DNA of 50,523 nucleotides, from positions 1-50,523 of IMG/VR virus record IMGVR_UViG_3300025767_000032. One strand, given 5' to 3'. The notes beneath the pieces are model-generated. The model saw only the letters and a program-made list of their open reading frames with translations. It did not search any database and was not told the DNA's origin. Both the position numbers and the translations under genes were made by a program. The number at the start of each line of letters is the position of its first letter. The first letter of the stretch is position 1. Shown here one piece after another: positions 46,976 through 50,523 of this stretch. This DNA comes from a virus (Duplodnaviria; Caudoviricetes).

Positions 46976-48556
46976 ATGGCAGCATCATTAGACGGCGTCT
47001 TAATTAAGAAGGCGAATAGAAAAGAACAATATACAGAGGAGCAAATTGCAGACTTAGTTGCCTGCATGGATCCTGACGAAGGTTACTTGTATTTTGCTCG
47101 TAAGTTTGCATATATTCAACACCCTGTAAAAGGCAAGTTATTGTTTGATCCTTTTGAATATCAGCTGCGGTTGATGCACAGTTATCACAACTATCGTTTT
47201 AACATCAATATGATGCCTAGACAAACAGGTAAGACAACTTGCGCTGCAATCTATCTTGCTTGGTATGCAATGTTTAATCCAGATCAAACTATACTTGTAG
47301 CAGCACACAAATACACAGGTGCGCAAGAGATCATGTCACGCATACGCTTTGTGTACGAAACTTGCCCAGATCATATTAGGGCAGGTGTTACAAGCTACAA
47401 CAAACAGTCAATAGAATTTGAAAACGGTTCGCGTATTGTAGCACAAACAACAACAGGCAACACAGGACGTGGTATGAGTATTTCGTTACTGTACTGCGAT
47501 GAGTTTGCATTTGTGCAACCTAACATTGCTGAAGAGTTTTGGACTTCAATATCACCTACACTAGCAACAGGTGGTAGAGCTATTATTACATCAACACCAA
47601 ACTCAGACGAAGATACATTTGCTACTATTTGGAAACAAGCAGAAAACAAGTTCGACGAACACGGCAATGAACAAGAATTAGGCATCAACGGATTTCATAG
47701 TTTTATTGCACACTGGAGTGAACATCCAGACCGTGATGAAAAATGGAAAGAAGAAGAAACTGGTCGTATTGGAGAAGAAAAGTTCCGTCGTGAATACGGT
47801 TGCGAATTCTTAGTATTTGACGAAACACTTATTAGTAGTTTAAAACTAGCTGTTATGGAAGGTGTAGCGCCTATACTCAATATGGGTCAAACACGCTGGT
47901 ACAAAAAGCCTAGCCCACGGTATACATACGCAGTAGCACTTGACCCTAGCATGGGTACAGGTGGCGACAATGCTGCTATACAGGTATTTGAATTACCTAG
48001 CTATGAACAAGTTGCCGAATGGCAACACAATACTACTGCTATTCCTGGGCAGATTAGAGTGCTTGCTGACATATGCAAATACCTACAACAAGAAACTAAT
48101 AACGCCAACGGCATATATTGGAGTGTTGAAAACAACGGTATAGGCGAAGCATGTTTACTAGTTATTAATGATTTTGGTGAAGAAAACATCCCTGGATTAT
48201 TTGTAAGCGAACCTATGCGCAAAGGACATGTAAGAAAGTTCCGCAAAGGATTTAACACAACACACGGTACTAAGATTACAGCATGCAGTCGACTAAAAAC
48301 TATGATTGAAAGCGACAAGATGGTAGTTAAGTCTAAACCTCTTATATCAGAACTTAAAGGCTTTGTAGCAACAGGCTCGAGTTATCAAGCAAAATCAGGT
48401 ATGACTGATGATTTAGTAAGTGCTACACTATTAGCATTACGTATGATGGCAGTACTAAAGGACTGGGATCCTAGGATCTATAACACATTTACACAAGCAG
48501 AAGATTATGAAGATTATGAAGCACCTATGCCCATCTTCATTAGCACAAACTATTAA
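46976..48556 (+). CDS. gp17: Terminase large subunit
   Basis: Walker A MPRQTGKTT, Walker B LLYCDEFAF, ITSTPN, FRREYGCEF, nuclease ALDPSMG, ENNGIG, DDLV; start moved to ATG 46976. Confidence 0.96.
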   Translation: MAASLDGVLIKKANRKEQYTEEQIADLVACMDPDEGYLYFARKFAYIQHPVKGKLLFDPFEYQLRLMHSYHNYRFNINMMPRQTGKTTCAAIYLAWYAMFNPDQTILVAAHKYTGAQEIMSRIRFVYETCPDHIRAGVTSYNKQSIEFENGSRIVAQTTTGNTGRGMSISLLYCDEFAFVQPNIAEEFWTSISPTLATGGRAIITSTPNSDEDTFATIWKQAENKFDEHGNEQELGINGFHSFIAHWSEHPDRDEKWKEEETGRIGEEKFRREYGCEFLVFDETLISSLKLAVMEGVAPILNMGQTRWYKKPSPRYTYAVALDPSMGTGGDNAAIQVFELPSYEQVAEWQHNTTAIPGQIRVLADICKYLQQETNNANGIYWSVENNGIGEACLLVINDFGEENIPGLFVSEPMRKGHVRKFRKGFNTTHGTKITACSRLKTMIESDKMVVKSKPLISELKGFVATGSSYQAKSGMTDDLVSATLLALRMMAVLKDWDPRIYNTFTQAEDYEDYEAPMPIFISTNY

Positions 48557-48563
48557 CGAGTTG

Positions 48564-48570
48564 ATAAATA
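48564..48570 (+). promoter_or_regulatory. Late promoter ATAAATA 4 nt upstream of ATG (leaderless)
   Basis: ATAAATAcattATG, no SD. Confidence 0.65.
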
Positions 48571-48574
48571 CATT

Positions 48575-50428
48575 ATGCAAGAATTTGACAAAATAGGCGA
48601 AGACCTTTTTAATAAGATTAGAGGAAGATTTCCAGAAGTTACTATAGGTGACGAGAATGGAACAGTTACCAACGAGCCGACTATGGCCCGCTTCTTTGAT
48701 TTTGATTACAACGGCCTTGGCAAAGTAAGTGTTGCTATTGCCGAGGACGAAGGTCTAACTATTATCTACAGCAAAGACTTTATGGAAGATCAAGATGAAA
48801 TGACGCAAGATGCATGGTATGACTTCTTAAAGGAATTGCGCATCTTTAGCAAAAAGCGTATGTTAGATTACAGCGTAAGAGATATTACTAAGTCAAATTT
48901 AAATAAAAGAGATTATAAATTCTTAGCGAAAACTCCTGAGGACGGACAAATGACAACAGAATCAAAACTATATGGTACTTCAAAAATTAGTTACCAAAAA
49001 GTAGGCGAAGCACGTATTGTAATCAAGCATACAGAAAGTGTTAATACAGAACTTACAGCAGGTCGCACACGTAACATTGGTAAAATATATATTGAAAGTG
49101 CAGACGGAGAACGTTTCATTTATCCATTCAAACATCTAAGTGGTGCAAGAGCAATGGCACGTCACGTAGCAGAAGGCGGCAAGCCATTTGATGATTTTGG
49201 CACACACATTGTTGGTCTATCAGAAGAAATGAGTAAACTGCGTAAGTTTAGCAACTACATGGGTCGTTCAGCTGTAATGGCAGAAAGCCTTGCAGGATAT
49301 GTAGACGTAGTTAAAGAGCGTATCAAAACAGTTAAGAAAACAATTGAGAGCTTGCAAAAGCCAGCTTACTATGCAGAAACATTTGCTGCATTTGAAAAGC
49401 CAATGATGGAAGATGTTCCTGCAGATGTTGCAGAGAATTGGATCGACCAACTAACTATCAAACAGTTTAACGAAGAACTATCAGATGTATTTCCTTACAT
49501 TTACAAACTAGTAGGTGAAGCAACAAAGGCCAAATCACTAGGTCCAGATGAACTAGAAGAAGTAGCAGGACCAAAAGATTGTTGGGATGGTTATAAAAAA
49601 GACGGTACACAAGCTGGCACCGGCAAGAACAAAGGCAAGCGTGTAAACAAATGCGTCCCAGAGGAAATTGAACTAGAACAAGGCTTTGAAGAAATGATGG
49701 GCCAGTTTAGCGAAGCTAAGGCAGACGAAGCAGAAGAAAAAGTAGACGAAGCATATATTAAAACTAGCAAAGATGCAAGTGATGCGCTAGGCGTATTACG
49801 TGGCAAAGGCAAAAAGATTGAAACAGGCGATGGCGAGTACGACGGTAACTTAGCAAACGAATATGTTAGTGATACATGGGATGTATATACATGGATCGAA
49901 TCAAATACAAATGGATTTCAAGGCATCGACAAAAACTTTAAAGCAGCAATTGATGACATGATGACATTACGTGGCGAAGCAAAGAAATTAGAAACTCAGG
50001 CAGGATCAGGAAAAAACGCACGTTTTGGTAATCAAATTGTAAACACTTTGTATCCTGTAATGCAGTATATAGACGTACACGACTTTGATAAAAGCGCCAA
50101 AGAAGATGACGACGACACAATGGACGTCAAGATTAACAGTAAAGGCCAATTGAGCAAAGATGACGGAAAAGAACAAAAGACACCATTAGGCGAGTTTATT
50201 CTTAGTTACTTTGATAGAGAACAAGGCACGTTTCCAAAAGGCGAAACAGCAGTATTGACTATGGTTGAAAAAGATTATGGCGAGCAGTTCATAGAACCTG
50301 CTAAGGCATTTATCGAACAAATAGGCGCAAAGTTTGAAGAGTTCCAAATGCGCACACAACCACAGCAGATGGAAGCACCAGACACAGGCGAGTATGATAG
50401 AATACGTGAGTTAGCTGGTTTAAGATAA
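48575..50428 (+). CDS. Hypothetical protein (617 aa), probable head-associated protein
   Basis: Late promoter; acidic C-terminal half with CWDGYK...NKCVPEE cassette and terminal IRELAGLR. Confidence 0.6.
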   Translation: MQEFDKIGEDLFNKIRGRFPEVTIGDENGTVTNEPTMARFFDFDYNGLGKVSVAIAEDEGLTIIYSKDFMEDQDEMTQDAWYDFLKELRIFSKKRMLDYSVRDITKSNLNKRDYKFLAKTPEDGQMTTESKLYGTSKISYQKVGEARIVIKHTESVNTELTAGRTRNIGKIYIESADGERFIYPFKHLSGARAMARHVAEGGKPFDDFGTHIVGLSEEMSKLRKFSNYMGRSAVMAESLAGYVDVVKERIKTVKKTIESLQKPAYYAETFAAFEKPMMEDVPADVAENWIDQLTIKQFNEELSDVFPYIYKLVGEATKAKSLGPDELEEVAGPKDCWDGYKKDGTQAGTGKNKGKRVNKCVPEEIELEQGFEEMMGQFSEAKADEAEEKVDEAYIKTSKDASDALGVLRGKGKKIETGDGEYDGNLANEYVSDTWDVYTWIESNTNGFQGIDKNFKAAIDDMMTLRGEAKKLETQAGSGKNARFGNQIVNTLYPVMQYIDVHDFDKSAKEDDDDTMDVKINSKGQLSKDDGKEQKTPLGEFILSYFDREQGTFPKGETAVLTMVEKDYGEQFIEPAKAFIEQIGAKFEEFQMRTQPQQMEAPDTGEYDRIRELAGLR

Positions 50429-50476
50429 GTTAGCTAACCCACTTATAAGTTTTATTTCTTTTTCTTTAAAAAAGAC

Positions 50477-50505
50477 TTGACAAAGGTTGTAGACGGTGTT
50501 ATTAT
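50477..50505 (+). promoter_or_regulatory. Sigma70-type promoter TTGACA-N17-TATTAT with extended -10 TG, for a gene beyond the window
   Basis: TTGACA aaggttgtagacggtgt TATTAT. Confidence 0.7.
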
Positions 50506-50523
50506 TAATACTGTGCTATAACA

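Noticed and set aside
46976-48556. Intein or intron in the large terminase
   Set aside because: ORF is continuous, of normal length, with no intein splice motifs.
1-50523. tRNA or rRNA genes
   Set aside because: No cloverleaf with T-loop/D-loop signatures recognised in any spacer; most spacers are too short.

Overview
AT-rich segment of a large T4-related (probably jumbo) myovirus genome covering the virion-morphogenesis region. Left arm (1-30584, + strand): giant paralogous tail-fibre/baseplate-type genes. Embedded among them are three tandem Cys-rich, Gly-rich adhesin-like paralogues, a chaperone-like ORF, a GT9 (heptosyltransferase-like) glycosyltransferase and a NodU/CmcH-type carbamoyltransferase. 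Middle (- strand): a compact ADP-heptose biosynthesis operon (hldE, hldD, cupin, gmhB) behind a perfect sigma70 promoter, a Nudix hydrolase, and gp15- and gp14-like genes. Right arm: gp13-like neck, dNMP kinase, HNH-like protein, tail sheath, tail tube, head-completion nuclease, probable small terminase, large terminase and putative head-internal proteins. T4-late-like (A/G)TAAATA promoters precede most structural genes. Strongest candidates for undescribed biology: (1) a phage-encoded heptosylation/carbamoylation system possibly acting on Cys-rich virion tip proteins; (2) a recurring promoter-inside-a-hairpin design that would silence read-through transcripts (four cases); (3) a structured ~110-nt RNA leader upstream of a fibre gene; (4) leaderless mRNAs and an apparent ATC start codon. 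All product calls come from motif recognition by eye; no searches were run.
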